Shown here: positions 47,562-60,698 of the stretch, piece by piece | How positions within the stretch are numbered: the first letter of the stretch is position 1 | Layout of the letters: each line of letters opens with the position of its first letter | From: Gekko japonicus | Taxonomy: Eukaryota | Direction: 5' to 3' | NCBI RefSeq assembly: GCF_001447785.1 | Contig: NW_015168656.1 | Span: 1-64,000 of the forward strand | DNA length: 64,000 nucleotides | Translations under genes and position numbers: made by a program | Notes under the pieces: generated by a model | Told to the model about the DNA's origin: nothing | Database searches by the model: none | The model's input: the letters and a program-made list of their open reading frames with translations, nothing else

Positions 47562-48479
47562 GTTTTTTCCTCATCAAGGAATGGTATGGGTCAGTCCTCT
47601 GATACTCAGTGTACTTCTTGATGACTGCCTCCAATGCAGTTGGCCTCAGTGACCTTACATTTCATATCTGTAATGGGGTCTACCTAAAAAAGCTCACACA
47701 AACACTTGTTGTTTTTGAAGTTATTTTAGCTGTGAATTTAGCTGGTGGGATTTCAGAATTGGGAATCTTGATATCACTGGCCCTTATATGTCCCTTCTGA
47801 TAAGATGCCCTTGAAACGGACCCTACATTACTACAAGGGTAATTTCGGTTTTTTGTCTAAGAGTTTTTGCTTCTTCCATTTAATCTCCACCAACTGAAGA
47901 AACGGTGCATATTGATTTCAGTTGCAAAACTATGTTTTCTCCTTGAGAGAAGCTTTCATTAGGTAATTCAGTTTCTTCCCGTTTCCTCTCACCTACCCTG
48001 ATGGTTAGAAGGTCTCCAATCCAGCACTGAACAAACAACTCAGGCAACATGCCATTCTTGTCCATCCAAGTCTGTCCCAGCATCTCAAGGATCACAGTGG
48101 TAGCCATTGCAGTTCCTTGTTCCTGATACCTTGGTTGAAGTCACTGATAGAATCTCTACCTGAGTGTTTTTCACATATTGATGCTTAGATAAACTGCATC
48201 AGCTAATTGTAGCCTTGACAGGCAGCTCTTACATTAGTCTTGAAACAAAATAGCCATTTGTACTCAATATGGCAATAACTTCTTTTGGACATCTCATGCT
48301 CAGATGCCCTCCCCCTCAGAGTGAGAAAGGAACATTGCCACTTAACTGTGAGGGTTCTTTCTACTCTGAGGAAGGGAGGGCATCTTATTCCACCCTAAGT
48401 AAGGGAGTAAACAATTTGGGCTGACTACCTGCCCCCCCCTCTATATCTATCTATCTGTCTGTCTATATTGTGTATCACT

Positions 48480-48890
48480 TCACTTGTATGAGGAATTAAC
48501 ACAATGGTCCAATAGTTGCTGCAGTCTTTGACATTTTCTTTTTTCAGAATTGGAATGGAGAGTCAGCATTTCCAGCCTGAGGACCAGTGTTTTGTTTTTC
48601 ATATTTCTTGGCATATATTTTTTAAAGATTTTATTCAGTTCTGTTTCTTTAGTTTGAAATAGTTCTATTGATATCCCATTTACTTCTGGTGATTTGTTTC
48701 TCTCAGTTGCTTTGAATGCAGTTTTCACTTCAGTTTCTAAAACTGCGGGTTCCTCTTTGAAATAATCTGTCATCCTTTCATCTCTTCTTTATAGCTCTTC
48801 AGTGTATTGGTCTCATCTTTACTTCTTCTTTTTTGTCCTGTTCAGTTAATGTATTTCTGTGTTGATCTCATACCCGGACCCATTGTAAAG
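48480..48890 (-). mobile_element. Old RTE/BovB-like LINE internal fragment
   Basis: EEPAVLETEVKTAFKATERNKSPEVNGISIELFQ resembles RTE EP.ILE.EV..AL......K.PG.DGI..ELF. Confidence 0.75.
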
Positions 48891-51454
48891 CTTTTTTGAT
48901 CTGTGTTGCCAGAAATGGAATTAGGTATGTGATGTTTGTGTGTGTAGTGTTGTTTATGGGACAGTAGAAGATCGAGTTTCTTTAGGCAAAAGGAGGGCTT
49001 TTTTAATAGAAAAAGACCAGCAGGAACTCATTAGCACAATAGGTCACACCGCTGACAGTGCAGCGCATTAGCATTTTAGGCTGTGAGGAGCCCGGGCAAG
49101 CCCCCCCTTGAAGGGAAGGGAAGGCAGTTTAAACTGCCTTTCCTTGGCTTGCCTGGGTGTCCTGCGGCTGCGGGGAGCTTGGGGCAGCCAGCCCTTGGAC
49201 AGGCCGGGGAAGGCCCCCCCGACCCACCCGCTTTGGAGTCGGGGGGGGGGGGGGTTTATCACTCTCCAGGCCTTCCCTCTGTAGCCACGCACGCAGAGGT
49301 TTTGGCTGTAGTGTGCGTGGCCAACTCTGAAGCCAGCCAGAACTCTGTTCCTGTGTGTTCCTGCCCCAAAATAGCCCTGGGCAAAAGCATCTACTTTATA
49401 AGGCAATATGTGATCTCTTTCATTTTACAAACAAATATATGTTCTTTTTGCTATCCCCATCAGACACTGATTGTGCTGTTTTCTGGCTGGTACATGGAAG
49501 AAATTTTTCCTTTACTGCAAAACAGGTTAATAAAGAGGACCACCAGGGTGGGTGGGGGAAATCTGGACTGGATTTTTGTTTCAGGGTATAGTGTTAAAAA
49601 GGATCAATTTTGTAATTAGTTACTTCTACAAACATATGTGAGAGTAATTCTGCCCTTTAGCATCTTTGTGTGTCTGGTGGAAGGGAAATGGATTAAGAGA
49701 GCTCATTGCTCCAGAGAAACTTGTGAGCAACCACTGGGGGTTTAACTTCAAAGACATTAAAAAAGTGTTCCTTGACCAGAGTGCTATATATGAACATGAG
49801 AGCTTAAATGGATCAAACAAGAGGCTGTTTCTTAACTGGTTCTGTTACGATAACTAATAGCTATTGTTGGGTTTGTCCTCCATTGATGAGAGATTAAGGT
49901 AACACTTTAATATAGATGAGGGTTGTGGATGGGGTCCAGTATATAAACTACTAATAGTGACATTGTTTACCTGTTAAAAATGTAAGACATGTTCAAAGTT
50001 CCTGCCTATGAAAAGCAGCAAACATCTACTTTATTATCAAGACAAGAAGTCTAAATCCTTCTCCAGCTGCTATTTAAATTGAAAAACAGTAACAGCAAGT
50101 TTCCTTTGAAAGAGGCAAATCTATGTTTTTCTGCTACATGGATGCTTCATGTAAAGTGTTCTTTCATTTTGGCACACATATAGTTAACATATTTGAATGT
50201 TGCATGGGAATCCCAGCACCTTATATGGTCAACTTACTTTGTGCTGCAGTGAACTGAAGGCACCCATCCAAAGTAAAAAAATTCCAATTGTCTTTAACTG
50301 TCTAATGCCTTTTCCTTGGCCTCCTGCTGTAGTATAGTAGCTAACCTACTAAAGTTTGAAATGCAGGAGAATGCACAGCTAGTAGAATAAATAACTTTTG
50401 TAACAGTTGACAAATGGATCTATATAAAATGCATATTTAACAGTTAACTAAAATAGGCCTCCCAGTTAATCATTGTGTATGGGAAATTAATACCTGTATG
50501 TTAATACCAAAATGGTATTTGCATGCAAATAGCTGTATTTACTGTTGAGGATGAGGTGGGATCTAAGGCCCTTCTAAATGATACCAATTAGGCTTGCCAA
50601 AACTATTTCTGGAGAGAACTGATTCCTTTTCCCCATCCCACAATGCACACAGAACTCTAGTTCTAGCATGCTTTCATAGTGTGTTTGCTGCCTAAAATCA
50701 GTCAGCAACTGAGGCTGGTGTACTTGTGCAAAAAATAAACTTGGTTGGAAAGCGAGAATGAGTGAGTGTATTTGTTTGCCCATCCTAAACTGAATAATTC
50801 CCTTATTCCGTGATGTGTTGGTGGAGTTGACATAGGCCTGTTTTAAGTTTCTGAAAGGTCAAGGGTCTGAATATTTGCTTGAGTCTGTTATCCCCCCCCC
50901 AAAAAATCTGGTACTCTGTGTCAATGTCTTTTTTTGGGGGGGTCAAGGAAGCAGATACGTGTGTGTGTGCACGCGTGTGTGTATTTAAATGTATATCTGA
51001 CATCAAGAACTTAGTACAAACACTGTTACGGTTGTGACTCAAGCTGGCAGATGAAAAAATATTATTGGATTCATTTGTAAAGGGTAACGTTCTTTCTGGG
51101 ATTTTTCCTATTGTTTGGACTTTCCATTAAATGGAATGTATAGAGATGTAAAACTGGAAATTTTGAAGTCAAGGGGAGGAAAGAGAACTTATTTGGGGAA
51201 AATAGAATGTTTACTTGGCAGTGTTTACTTGGCCTCTCAAATCTAAAGTATTTTACTGATTTAGACCATAAAATGCATCAGTTATAACTTAGCATATAGA
51301 TTTGTACTGTTTAGTATATTCCTGGAATTTTAAAGTTTTCTATAAGAAATTGCAGATATTTAGTTCTTGGGAAAGCGTTACAGACTGCTGCACCCTATGT
51401 TATCTGAGAGAGGCAGAAAAAAATAAAAACTAAAGACAGAAATTGAAAATGGGA

Positions 51455-51653
51455 ACCTGCATGGACTTGCTGGGATCTGGGGATTCCCTGGAATTACAGC
51501 TCATTTTCCAGACTACAGAGATCAGTTCCCCTGGAGAAAATGGATGCTTTGGAAGGTGGACTCTATAGCACTGTACCCCACTGAGGTACCTGTCCTCCCC
51601 GTGCTTCATCCTCAAATCTCCAGGAATTTCCCAAACTGGATCTGGCAACCCTA
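51455..51653 (-). mobile_element. MITE with TAGGGTTGCCA-type end
   Basis: Ends in tggcaacccta; agatcagttcccctggagaaaatgg body shared with 62126-62458 and ~23700-23850. Confidence 0.65.
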
Positions 51654-52087
51654 GGCCTCATCCTGCACCAGTGGCCAGGGGCAACCTGGCAACCCCATGA
51701 GGCATCAAATATCCCCCCCCACTGTTTCCTCTTTCCCATTCCTGAAAACTCCCATAGTCTCTCCCTTTTTCCTGCTTCCTTTTCCCTACCCAACAGCCAG
51801 CCTACATTTATCTGCCCCTTTGACTTTAGGTTCCCCCCTGCAGCAGCCTCTACCTAGGAAAACAATGGTCCAGTTGTGTGGTGCTGGTCCATGCCCACTT
51901 GCATGGTATGGAACCCTCAAGGACTTGTGGAGAAGCACCTCAGTGTCCCATATATCCCCTCCCCACACATTCCTCTGCTTCCTCCTGGCAACCCCCATAT
52001 CCTATCCCCTTTCTTTGCCTTATTCTGTTCTTCTCAGTCATTCACCAACGTACCTTTTATTTGCTTCCCCGTCTTCAGCTACATTTA

Positions 52088-52217
52088 TCATTTATTTACT
52101 TCATTTATACCCCATCTTTCTCCACAGTGGGGTCCAAAGCAACTTACATTATTCTCTCCTATTTTTTTTCTCCTCACAGCAGCGCTGTGGAGTAGGTCAG
52201 GTTGAAAGTATGTGACA
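52088..52217 (-). mobile_element. Ther1/Squam3-type SINE 3' part
   Basis: tttatttacttcatttataccc...ggggtccaaagcaacttaca. Confidence 0.65.
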
Positions 52218-52372
52218 GATGCTCCTTTTATCATTTTGGGATTTTAATCCCCCCTCATCAGTGTTCCCTCTAAGCTATGCATGTGAGCTGATGCTGATTA
52301 ACACAGGAAGCCCCACTCAGCAGCAATCTGGAGCCATGCGGAGTCTTACACTGTCCATTTCCTGTTTTAAGA

Positions 52373-53083
52373 TTTGTTGTTGTTCAGTCGCACAGTCGAA
52401 TCCGACTCTTCGCGACCCCATGGACCAGCTCCCACCAGGCCTTCCTGTCTTCCACCGTCCTCTGAAGTTTGCTCAATTTCATGCTCGTTGCATCGATGAC
52501 ACTGTCCAACCATCTCATCCTTTGCTGTCCCCGTCTTCTTTGACCTTCAATCTTTCCCAGCATCAGGGTCTTCTCCAGGGAGTGCTACCTTCTCATTTGG
52601 TGGCCAAAGTATTTGAGCTTCAGTTTCATTATCTGGCCTTCCAGGGAACAGTCAGGGTTGATTTCTTTTAGGATTGACTGATTTGATCTTCTTGCAGTCC
52701 AAGGGACTCTCAAGAGTCTTCTCCAGCACCATAGTTCAAAAGAATCTATTCTTCGGCGCTCGGCCTTCCTTATAGTCCAACTCTCACAGCCATACATGAC
52801 CATTGCTTTGACCATGCGGACTTTTGTTGGCAGGGTGATGTCTCTACTTTTTATCATGCTATTTAGGTTCGCCATCGCTTTCCTCCCAAGGAGCAGGCGT
52901 CTTTTAATTTCATGGCTGCTGTCACAGTCTGCGGTGATCTGGGATCCCAGGAACGTGAAGTCTGTCACCACTTCCACGATTTCCCCTTCTATTTGCCAAG
53001 GAGTGATGGGACCGGATGCCATGATCTTAGTTTTTTTGATGTTAAGCTTCAAACCCACTTTTGCGCTCTCCTCTTTCACTCTG
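52373..53083 (-). mobile_element. BovB (RTE) LINE 3' part, running into an assembly gap
   Basis: VKEESAKVGLKLNIKKTKIMASGPITPWQIEGE...EIKRRLLLGRKAM...DITLPTKV...YGCESWTIRKAERRRIDSFELWCWRRLLRVPWTARRSNQSILKEI, with the BovB 3' end and (CAA)n tail. Confidence 0.95.
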
Positions 53084-53745
53084 NNNNNNNNNNNNNNNNN
53101 NNNNNNNNNNNNNNNNNNNNNNNNNNNNNNNNNNNNNNNNNNNNNNNNNNNNNNNNNNNNNNNNNNNNNNNNNNNNNNNNNNNNNNNNNNNNNNNNNNNN
53201 NNNNNNNNNNNNNNNNNNNNNNNNNNNNNNNNNNNNNNNNNNNNNNNNNNNNNNNNNNNNNNNNNNNNNNNNNNNNNNNNNNNNNNNNNNNNNNNNNNNN
53301 NNNNNNNNNNNNNNNNNNNNNNNNNNNNNNNNNNNNNNNNNNNNNNNNNNNNNNNNNNNNNNNNNNNNNNNNNNNNNNNNNNNNNNNNNNNNNNNNNNNN
53401 NNNNNNNNNNNNNNNNNNNNNNNNNNNNNNNNNNNNNNNNNNNNNNNNNNNNNNNNNNNNNNNNNNNNNNNNNNNNNNNNNNNNNNNNNNNNNNNNNNNN
53501 NNNNNNNNNNNNNNNNNNNNNNNNNNNNNNNNNNNNNNNNNNNNNNNNNNNNNNNNNNNNNNNNNNNNNNNNNNNNNNNNNNNNNNNNNNNNNNNNNNNN
53601 NNNNNNNNNNNNNNNNNNNNNNNNNNNNNNNNNNNNNNNNNNNNNNNNNNNNNNNNNNNNNNNNNNNNNNNNNNNNNNNNNNNNNNNNNNNNNNNNNNNN
53701 NNNNNNNNNNNNNNNNNNNNNNNNNNNNNNNNNNNNNNNNNNNNN
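53084..53745. other. Assembly gap
   Basis: N run. Confidence 1.
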
Positions 53746-56700
53746 GGGAAAGAAAATTAGATGGAACATTGCCCCAATGTATTTTTTTTAAGATTTCAGA
53801 TTTTCAGATTTAGGCTGACTTCGCTATTAGAATATATGATATTCTGTTGTGAACCAAAAAGTATTTTGCTTGGGTAGAAACATTGTTATACAGTCACAGT
53901 ATGTAGGACTACTAGCATATTTAGGTATTAGGTTTAACATTGAAAACATGGAACTTTTAAATAATGTATTATCATTAAATATGTTATAACATTAGTTGCC
54001 AAAAATTATTTAACAATAACCATATTTAAGATGTGTTATTTATGTATGCAGTATACATTGGAATTATCACTATTGCTGTAGGTTGTTTTATACAGAAATT
54101 TTCATACAACAATATTAAGTAAATTCTTGCTTTAATGTTTCACTTATTTCAACAAAGAAAGTAGTTTACAGGAATTTTAAACTGCTTCCCAAAATTTCCC
54201 AATTTTTCCATTGATAAAGCCCACAGACTGTTTCATACTATACATTTTGAGTAAGAAAAACATTGTCTCAAGAAGCATTTCCTTCATTTCAAATGAGAAA
54301 ATGATTTTCATGAGGGTTTTTTTAACTGTTCCCCCATTTTTTCCCTTGGGCCTTTACATCTGCGGGAATTTGGGGTAATGACTTCTAGTTCCAGGGTTAT
54401 ACTTTTGTTGCTGGTTTGGGGAGAAAAGAGTGTGATGATTTCAAATTCTGAGAGACAGGAGGATTGTTTATCAGTGTTGATGCAGCCTCCTCTCTGTGGA
54501 ACTCCTAGGGCAATTGCAATTTTCTTTAAAAAGGACTTGAGTTGGATGTATTCAGAGCTTCTCCCACAGACCTCAGGCAGATACCAGCACTTCCCTGAGG
54601 CCAGTAATTCTTTAACTGTGTGGTATGAGAGAACTGTTAGCACAAAAAAGACTAATTAAAATTAGCTTAATTTGACTTCAAAGTATCCACCCACAGAAGA
54701 AATTACTGACTATTTCTCTTCATGATTTGCTGTTCTGACCATGTGTCCTGCCGGTTCACCTCTGCCATGTTTTTATTTGGATATAACTGTATCTTTTCTT
54801 GACGAAGAGATTTACCAGATTTTCCTGTCCTTGGAGAATGCATAAGTAGTGTTTGATACAAAAACCAGGAGGTTACACCTTTTCTGATTCTGTGGAAGTG
54901 ATATTGGCTAACAAAAAAGATATCTAAAATTCTTGTTTGTAATGCCCTAAAAAATCTTAACTGTTTTGTAAAAACACTAACGTGATCTAAAAATTAAAAA
55001 TTAACCCTGAAACCAAAGGGGATATTTCACAAAGGGCATTTATTTAAGCAACTCTTTGAGGATTTTTGTGAAATAATTTAATTGCATATGTTACACATAA
55101 ATTAAAAATGCTTCAAATACCCTTAGTGATGTCAGATTATCAACAAATAGACAAATTGGTTTGGCTGCATAGCATTGTGATGGCATCACATCTGATACAA
55201 GATCCCTTATGGACTGACATTACTTAAGAAGAAATAAAATGGGAGAAGGAAATGTTTCTCTTGCAGCAGCAAAACATTGGAAATGATACCTTTTCCTGCT
55301 TCATATGGTAGTCCCTAAGCCCATTTTCTACTGAGCCTTGAAGCCTCATTTGCTGCTAGATATTTGACACACAGCCTTCCTTTTTTGCCTCATTTGCTTC
55401 AGCCATCAGTGTCCCATGAACCTAGACATGACCCTGTAAAAGATGTGCTCCAAGCATCTTGTAAAGTAGACCCAGCCCATTTATATTAACGGTTGCCACC
55501 ACCATTCCCAGAAAACATCCTAGTTGTTGCTGTACTGGCCAGTTGCCTCTTTCCACTCTTTTACTTTAGCCTTGATTATCCTGCCTAAAGATGCTTCTTT
55601 CTTCAAGGACATGCAAGTGAGCCTCACCATGTCTTACATCAAAATTGAGCCTAAGTTTGTTTCAGATGTCATATCAAATCATGCTTTTTGGTAACTATTG
55701 TTCCGGTTCCAGCGAAAGCATGGTTTATGTCCTTTGCCAGCTCTTACTAGAATCCCTGGATGCTATCGTGAACTATTAACCCTTGCCTAATTTTTGACAG
55801 TGCACCATTTGTTATATGTTCTGTTTCTATGGGCAAGGAGTAGCAGTGGGCTAAAGAAACTGAAAGCTCATCTCTTCACAGATCTTTGAGCAATTCTAGT
55901 GGGACTAAGCAGTAGACACATTCCACCCATTTCTGATGTTTGGTTTTTTGCATTGTGGCCCTCTCATTTCCTTATTAGTTGTGATATACAACAAAAACAA
56001 TAAATGCTTCATTTTTAAAAGCATGAGGGGTGAATTATACATGGTGATTCAGCATTAGATCGTAAACCATTCATTTTACACTTAAATGTCATGGGGGTGA
56101 TCAAGGTAAAGCTGTGACTGCTGTGAAGATGGAAGGAGGGAATGCACTGGGAAACTGTCAGTGAGAGACATCAGAGTGGATTCATTTTCTGTTCACAGGA
56201 TACTTCCTTTTCTTCCATCAGGTCAGGCAGAAGCCAAAAGGGCAGAGCAACTTCCCATATAAATATACTGTGGTAGAAAGCATATAAAACATATAAACCA
56301 GGTACAAAATGGCCATTTCAAATTTAGTGCGTAAGCGTTGGTACATTAGTGTCTTCCAAATAGCTTTATACAATGTCTCCTCCAATAACTTCAGTTCTGT
56401 CTCTTTGAATGGTTGGTATATAAGGAGAGAGTGAATGGAGAACATAGCTTTCAGGCATCCGGCTCTAATCTGATGTGGCTTAATTTATTTGGTTTATGTT
56501 GCATTGTGGTTCTAATCTAAATCCACAAGATGAATAGATTTAGAAGGCAACAGTGTTTCACAAAGCATTATTTTTGTAATGTTTTGCTTCTTGTTGAACT
56601 GAAAGGACAAAACAGTGTGACTGTGCTGGGTTATTGTATTGAGTGAAGGTGTTAGATTGTGCTTTCTAGGGGGTGGGTAGGTTCTGGTTATATAATTCTT

Positions 56701-57041
56701 CTTCGGATTTCTAAAACTTGTTTGAGGTGCTGAGTGCATATTTCTGGATCTTTGTACACAAAACATTACTTTTAAATAAAGGAACAATGTGATGAAATCC
56801 ACAACAGGATGCTCATAATAGATTGAACTACTAGCTGAAGGTAATGTATCTAGACCCTTGCATAGGCAAGAAAAAGAGTTCCACAAAGATGGGGTTTTGA
56901 AGGGTAGAATTTAATTTTTAGGTTCCACAATTGAATGTAAGTCTTTTTTCCCTTAGTCCAAATGCATGTGCTAGTACTGCTTTTTTGAGGGGGAGAATGA
57001 CGTATGTGTGTCTGTGGGAGCTTTTTAATTCTTTTCTTCCA

Positions 57042-57105
57042 NNNNNNNNNNNNNNNNNNNNNNNNNNNNNNNNNNNNNNNNNNNNNNNNNNNNNNNNNNN
57101 NNNNN
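57042..57105. other. Assembly gap
   Basis: N run. Confidence 1.
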
Positions 57106-57879
57106 ATAAAAGTTTTCCCTAAGAGGTAACAGTGGCTCAGGGATAGTAATGTGAGGCAGAAAATTTGGTGAAGTGGAAGCTTCCCCACTGCTACGTTTTT
57201 CCATGGAGAAAACTTTATATTAAAAAAATGCCAATTTAATTTTTATGAAACAATGCAACATAATGAATGGAAGGCAATAAAATATCAGGCTAGGCAATGT
57301 CAAAATTGTAATTAACTTTTTCCAGATGGTTATTCTTAGGAAGTATATATGTGAGTGTGTGTGAGAGTGAGTTTTGTTATATGGTGAAGGTGGTGGGGGA
57401 GTTAAACCTAAAATACACAGAATCACCCAAACAAACAAACAAACAAACAAAAAACCTACCACTTTATTAATTCACCTTAATGGTCTGTGACTGTAGAGCC
57501 AAAATGAAAACTAAAATACTTATTCTAGTTTGGATTACCAGTGAAAGGAAAACTAAAACTAAAAGTTTCACTTAAAACTGTTTTGGTTTTACTTCCAGTA
57601 AACAGTGCAATGTATCTTTTCTTTTGTTGAGGTTGGAAGTGTATGTACAAAATCTCCTGTGTTTTTTGAACATTAAGAAATGCTTTTAGAGATTTATTTA
57701 GAGATTTTTTTAAAAAAAGATTTATATAAATTAATACATGGGACTTCTTGTTTACTAAATACATGCCAGAGATCTCAATCTAGTTAGGGATTTCTAGTCT
57801 TCCTATCCGTAATTTTCTGTAAAGCCAAATCATTGCTCAGGGTTAGCTCCTCTTCTCCAAGCAGGAAATTGGTATAGGG

Positions 57880-58198
57880 CAGTGGTGGCGAACCCATGGC
57901 ACAGGTGCCAGAGGTGGCACTCAGAGCCCTCTCTGTGGGCACGCGTGCCATCGCCCCAGCCAGGCCCAGACCATCATTAAAGTGTCAAATTCTCTGCCAA
58001 ATAATTTTAAGTAAATTAAAGCATTTGGGATTGCTTTCCTTACTTTGTTTGGATCATCTTAAGTTAATGTATGAGTTGTTTTTTCTAAAGTAAAACCTCA
58101 GTATACAGGTTAAATTGCCGTGTTGGCACTTTGCGATAAATAAGTGGGTTTTGGGTTGCAGTTTGGGCACTCGGTCTCTAAAAGGTTCGCCATCACTG
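57880..58198. mobile_element. hAT MITE (CAGTGRTGGCGAACC TIR)
   Basis: TIRs CAGTGGTGGCGAACC / GGTTCGCCATCACTG. Perfect 8-bp TSD GTATAGGG (57872-57879 / 58199-58206). Confidence 0.93.
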
Positions 58199-58880
58199 GT
58201 ATAGGGAGGAAGGACTGAAGATGAATCCCTCCCCCCCTCACAAATTGAAACAACTGCTCTGGTGGTTGTACTTGGAAAAAGAACTTTGACGTTATCATGG
58301 GACTAAATGTAACACGTAGTACTTTCTGAGGACAAAATCTCAGTGCTGTTAAACCGGAGTACCATGACTGATCTTGATTACTATGGAGATGGCTCAAATT
58401 AACTAGGCTGTGAAACAAATAACTTGAATTGCGCACTGAGAAACTGAGTGAATGCAAGCTGTGAAGTGCACACTGAATTTGCTGTCTGTTACCATTTGTT
58501 TGCTATGACATCTTGTGATAACAAGATGCATATTTTAGAGGTTAGTACATGTTTGTAAGAAAAGGTATGCTACTCAGGGATGACAAAGTAACTTGTGTAA
58601 GATGAAGAGTTGGGAATGGACATTGTATTTATGCAGGGTGGACAAGGTGAATGGTAGAATAACTCAGCATAAATAATTCATAACTATTATTGTATATAGA
58701 ATGACTGCTTGTTACTGCTTCTTTAGGAGCAGAAATTGGTCGATTACTATTATCACGTATTCAGGAAGGGAAGGTCAATTTTGAATAGTACATGGGAGAT
58801 GCAAATCACTGTACTCTGACAGGGCTTGACAAATTTTCTTTGGCTCTAGGAGCCAGTCCCAAAATTTAGGAGCCAGACTC

Positions 58881-59305
58881 AATACAAGAACTCATGGGCA
58901 CTCAATGAAATTGCTGAGCGGTCGGGTTAGAACGGATAAAAGGAAGTACTTCTTCACCCAAAGAGTGATTAACACATGGAATTCACTGCCACAGGAAGTG
59001 GCGGCGGCTACAAGCATTGACGGCTTCAAAAGGGAGTTAGATGAGCATATGGAGCAGAGGTCCATCAGTGGCTATTAGCTACAAGATATAGATAGGAACT
59101 CTGGGTCAAGTGATGCACTGTATTCTTGGTGCTTGGGGGGGGGGGGTCAACAGTGGGAGGGCTTCTAATGTCCTGGCCCCACTGGTGGACCTCCTGATGG
59201 TACCTGGTATTTTTGGCCACTGTGTGACAGAGTGTTGGACTGGATGGGCCTTTGGCCTTATCCAACATTGGCGTCTCTTATGTTCTTATGTTTATGTTCT
59301 TATGT
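58881..59305 (+). mobile_element. CR1 LINE 3' end
   Basis: Same family as 46436-46830 (reverse complement), with terminal repeat ttatgttcttatgt. Confidence 0.9.
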
Positions 59306-59466
59306 TTCAGCTTTCAGAGTTATGTATTTTAATAACCATGTGTTTTTCTTATTGTTACCATAAAACCTAGTCCTAACTTCTTCTCATAATTTAATTAAAG
59401 CTATGACAAAAATTTTGTATATAAATGGATATAGGGATAGCCCTGGCTGTCCCCACTAGAACAAAA

Positions 59467-59735
59467 AGCTTGGTGTAGTGGTTATGTGTGTGGACTCTAA
59501 TCTGGAAGAACTGGGTTCGATTCACCACTCCTCCACTTGCAGCTGCTGGATGACCTTGGACGTCATAGTTCTGTCAGAGCTGTTCTCTCAAGGTCATCTC
59601 TGGAAAGAGCTCTCAGCTTCACCTACCTCACAGGGTGTCTGTTGTGGGAAGACAAAGGCGTTTGTAAGCCGCTCTGAGACTCCGAGTGAAGAGTGGAGTA
59701 TAAATCCAAACTCCTCCTCCTCCTCCTCCTCCTCT
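59467..59735 (+). mobile_element. Squam3-like SINE (long form) with a (CCT)n tail
   Basis: ttggtgtagtggtta...gggttcgattcaccactcctccac, collinear with 45737-46016. Confidence 0.88.
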
Positions 59736-60353
59736 CCAGCCTACCTTCTCTCCTATTTCTGATCATTCCATTATTGCTTTAAAAAGCTCTAACTGGATAT
59801 TGAAGCCTGTATAAAGAGCAACACATTAAGAAATGAACACATCTTCTGCCACTGAATATTGTAAATATGTAAAAAAGCAATGATAAAAATATGCATGTGT
59901 TTTTATGCCACATAGCAAAATGTATTCTGATACAAAATGATAAATACACTTTGAATGTCTACTGAGGATTGCTGAGAAACATTGCTGAAAATAGTATGTG
60001 CCACAATTAATTCTCTAGGCATCATGGTGACCTGGCATCTGACATTTGTCAAGCCCTGCTCTAGTGCTCGCATATTCTGTGAAGAGTAGTGTTCCCTTAT
60101 GCAGTCTTTAAATTTCTCATTGTGTTTGGGGAAATTTTTTCCTGTGTCATTTATAGTAGTTACTTTATTTGAGAACTTGTTAATATCCAAATATAGTTGT
60201 CCTGGAAATGGTTGGCAGTTAAAACAAAATGCCCTTCATAATAAAGCAAAAATAGGTTTACAAACACACCTTTCCTCTATCATGATAATATATAAGCAGA
60301 GGCATTTAATATAATGATTGCACATTTTAAATCCTCCTTTCTTTTGTTTATAG

Positions 60354-60484
60354 GCTTGCATAGATGATAACGTAGATATGGTGAAATTTCTGGTGGAAAA
60401 TGGAGCCAGTATTAATCAACCTGATAATGAAGGCTGGATTCCTCTACATGCGGCTGCTTCCTGTGGATATCTTGATATAGCTGA
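60354..60484 (+). CDS. PPP1R12A: MYPT1 coding exon 2 (ankyrin repeats)
   Basis: Acceptor ctttcttttgtttatag|GCT. Translates as ACIDDNVDMVKFLVENGASINQPDNEGWIPLHAAASCGYLDIA(E). 131 nt, donor GA|GTAAGG. Too short for the ORF track. Confidence 0.98.
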
Positions 60485-60698
60485 GTAAGGATTGCTTTTC
60501 CATGTTTAATTATGTATCTTAATGTTTGGCATATTTTTGGTGCAGCAGGTGCTGACAGGAAAGAATTTAACTTCAGGAATATCTCAAACCCCCCCCCCCC
60601 CCATTATAAGGTGTATATCAAGTTTGGAGCAGCGCACATATGCAGATACGGATCATCACGCTGCAAGCTTTTGTTTGGTTGATGCACATTATAACTTA

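Larger units (their letters stand above)
58820..60058. mobile_element. hAT-type non-autonomous element hosting a CR1 and a SINE
   Basis: Perfect 15-bp TIR CAGGGCTTGACAAAT / ATTTGTCAAGCCCTG. The TSD is not convincing. Confidence 0.65.
6518..60353 (+). other. PPP1R12A intron 1 (GT-AG, ~53.8 kb including gaps)
   Basis: GT at 6518; polypyrimidine tract and TAG at 60351-60353. The junction gives the continuous ...ALHQ|ACIDD... of MYPT1. Confidence 0.95.

Noticed and set aside
50448-50456. Canonical MEF2 site CTAAAATAG
   Set aside because: One base short of CTA(A/T)4TAG.
52585-53813. Long 250-394 aa ORFs here and at 60522-61415
   Set aside because: Artefacts of N runs. Only the BovB part is real coding-derived sequence.
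54330-55850. Possible DIRS RT/tyrosine recombinase remnant (PKFVSD-like string)
   Set aside because: Too degenerate to support by eye. It needs BLASTX.
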